Of a DNA stretch of 64,000 nucleotides, positions 61,201 through 64,000 are shown piece by piece. Position numbers and translations under genes: made by a program. How positions within the stretch are numbered: the stretch's first letter is position 1; every line of letters starts with the position of its first letter. Location of the stretch: assembly GCA_050273025.1 (NCBI GenBank), contig CP158635.1, positions 14,446,001 to 14,510,000 on the forward strand, written 5' to 3'. Under the pieces are notes generated by a model that had not been told where the DNA came from, made no database searches, and saw nothing but the letters and a program-made list of their open reading frames with translations. The stretch comes from Cenococcum geophilum. Lineage: Eukaryota.

Positions 61201-64000
61201 TATATACCGCTAGTACGTAGCTAGTCCGTTAGTTAGTTTAAAAGGAAGTACCTTATATTTATACGTCCTGTAATAGGTTTAGAATGTAGTAAAATCCTTA
61301 GACCCGGGGTTTATCCTAATTCGGTAAAAGGCCTAGCGGATATTAAGCTTTATAAAAACCTTAGCTCTACTTATTTGGGTAAGAGTCTTATTAAGTAAGG
61401 GCAGTAGGTAGCGGTCCTTGCGGGTTATATTATTTAGCTTACGGCAGTTAATATAGAAGCGCAGTCCTCTATTTAGCTTTTTAATAAAGAGAATAGGTGA
61501 GTTAAAAGGGGCTTAGCTAGGCTTGATAAAGCCCTTATTTAGGTTGTCAATAAGGTACTATTTTATGGCCTATAATTCGGCAATAGACTGTAGGTAGAGA
61601 GGGCTAAAGCTAAGGGTGCTTTCCTTGTCTTGCTTGATCTCGATCTTATAGTTATATAGTTAGTAGGGTAAAAGCATATTAGACGCTGCCTTAGAGAATA
61701 CATCCTTGAATTTCCGGTGTTAATTAGGCAGTTTTTGCTCCACTAGTTCTTTATCTATAAGCCCGCTTTCCTATCTACTAAGCTTACTTTCTTTTTCCTT
61801 AATTATTTAGTTAATTTTGTATAGGCTAGTTATAAAGGCAATAGTATTAGGCTAAACCAGGTTCTGGTAGAATCCTACAGCGCCAATACAGCAGACATCA
61901 ACTAGTGGGAGGTCCGTAGGTTTCTTTGGCGTCCGTTAGGCCGTGGTTTGCAGTATAGGGTTTATGGTCTTCCTTAGCTCACGTTCTATTTTCCGTAAGT
62001 TATCCTTCCTATTTATTAGTTTAGTGTGGCGTCCGATATCCCTAGCTTTCCTTTATAGCTTTGTAGGGTTCTCTATAGGGAACTTAGCTAGGTCACTACC
62101 AACTTCCTAGGTCTTTGGTGTAGGTGGCGTAATATAGGTAGTTTAAGGGCGGCGTAGTATATGGATCCGTTATGGGTTAAGCTATACGTCCTTCTTAAAG
62201 GCCTGGTCTCTGCGTATAGCATCGGCCTGGTAAATAGTATTAATCTAGGGCCGTATAAGGTTTTCTATTATAATGCTAATTTTTTTTATAAAGGAAGGGG
62301 TCAGGGGTAGAGTTTTGGGCTAGATAAGCCGTTTACTCCGTACTTTAAGCTGCAAGCCTAAATAGGCTAGCTATTTTCTTCCTAAGATTATATCGTGGCT
62401 TTTTAAGTCCGTAATGAGAAAGGGGACGTTATACTACCTTCGTCCGTTAACGCGGAGGTGGATCTGTAAGATAGTTATAATAGGTAGCCCTATCCGTCTG
62501 TTATAACCGCAAATAGGGATTAGTTTGGGCAGTTCTTTAAGGGGTACATTTAAAAAGTCAGCCAGTTTTATAGCGCACTTTGTGTTAATTAAGGTAAAGG
62601 CATTTGCTCCTAAGTTAGCTAAAGCAGAGGTTAAAACTTAATATCTATTGCAAAATAAAGTATAAGGGATAGTGCAGCTTCTTCCACTAACTAGCTAACC
62701 TAGATTAATATGTAATATATCAATCCCTTTTAACCCTAGAGAGGAGTCTTCCTCTAGGGTTCCTCTTTTTCTGGCTTTATACTATCCTCCTAAATTAATA
62801 AGACCTTGTTTATTCTTACCTTTATCGGGCAGTTCCTTATAGGGTGGCCTATTTAACCGTATAAAAAGCAAGCTCCTTAATTACTAAGGGCCTATATATA
62901 GGGGTTACTATATATAGGCCGGGTATACACCGGGCCTATAGTAGGGGTAGCTACGCGGCTAGCTACTGGGTTAGTTATAGGAGTTGCCGATTATACCAGG
63001 GCACTATAGGCCGTATTTATAGTACTTACGGCCTAGTTTATAAGGTTTCTAGTTTTTAGCTAGTTAGCGCGTGCCTTAATTTAACGGAGGCCTTAGTTAA
63101 TAGCTAGGCAATAGTCCATAAGTTCCTTTAACGTCTATGCCGTAGTATAAGCTAGTAATACGGCCCGCTATAGGTTTAGGGTAAGCTTATTAAAGAGGTC
63201 TGGTAGTAGGTTTTCCTAGGGGATCTAGGCCTGTCTGGCCAGGTATAGAAAGCGGGTTTAGAAGGCCAAAAAGGTCTCCGTTATTTTTATATTTAGGCTT
63301 TTATAGCTAAGGCGGGCGTTTTATACTTTAAAAGGGTCTTTATAAATAGAGGATAAGTATTTAATTATTTCTTCTTTAGAGATAAAGGGGTCTATTAAGT
63401 CTTCTATGTATTGCGGGCGTAAATACGTCTGGGCGTCTCCGCTAGTACGGCCGAAGATATAGGCTATTCTGGCTTAGGCGTTAGGGAAGTGGTCTGTATT
63501 AACTTTAAGCTTATCCCGTAATTAAAGCTTCTAATTATTAAATATAGGGTCGGTTCTATCTATAAGTAGTAGGGGGTCCGCGACCTTTACTGACCGCTTT
63601 AGTGCTATATAGGCCTTAGTAGATCCACTAAGGCGCTAGGATAGGGCCTAAAGGACTATAGTAAGTCTTCAGTTGTCTAATAATGACTTATTATTAGATA
63701 TAGGGGTATCTCTAGCTTTAAGCAGCTCTCACAATTGTTTAATTTCGGTATTAGTAGCCGCAAGCTCCGCCTAGGGGGTTAAAACGTTAATTGTTTCTTT
63801 ATCTGAAGTATTTAAGGGTCCTACAGCTGCTTTACCTGCTGCTGTGGTTTGTGGCATAGTAGTAGGGGTATTGGGTAATTTTGGGTAATTTCTTTAGGGG
63901 TTCTGGTCTATATATGTCTTATAGGTCCTTTTCTTAGGGTTCTGTTCTTTTCTTTTAGGTCCTATCCTTGTGGTCTTAGTAATATCCTTAGGGTCCTATT
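52296..64000 (-). mobile_element. Gypsy C, second copy of the Gypsy A family; runs off the right edge
   Basis: Intact 3' LTR at 52296-52532. The interior is collinear with 28614-40030 of Gypsy A once the Copia insertions are removed; differences are mostly transitions. Expected TSD ATATC. Confidence 0.94.
54498..60500 (+). mobile_element. Copia D, full length, inserted in Gypsy C pol; related to Copia B
   Basis: 163-bp LTRs at 54498-54660 and 60338-60500; TSD AATTT; pol collinear with Copia B. Confidence 0.94.

Noticed and set aside
1..64000. Species or named TE family assignment; alternative genetic code
   Set aside because: Names cannot be verified without a search. The in-frame TAA/TAG codons are explained by RIP of CAA/CAG/TGG.

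Overview
Fungal (Pezizomycotina-type) AT-rich repeat region with no intact host gene. It is a heavily RIP-mutated (CpA>TpA / TpG>TpA) nest of transposable elements, and most of the nest can be reconstructed to the base from termini and target-site duplications (TSDs). A minus-strand Tad-like LINE (40342-52295) is interrupted by two Gypsy elements and abuts a third (5634-40336, TSD ATAGG). The Gypsy elements in turn carry Copia elements and a solo LTR. The main discovery lies in the left LTR of Gypsy 5634-40336: a 22.75 kb element (5646-28396) with CATCAGG...CCTGATG ends and a 2-bp TC TSD. It has no transposase of its own, and its ~2.8 kb backbone is made of minisatellites and palindromes. Five different TA-targeting DNA transposons are stacked end to end at the exact TA centre of two of these palindromes, and a sixth sits at the edge of a minisatellite. 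Four of the six carry homologues of one unnamed Cys/Trp-motif protein, three of them convergent with an IS630/Tc1 DDE transposase. All protein motifs were read by hand with RIP changes reverted, so ORF ends are approximate.
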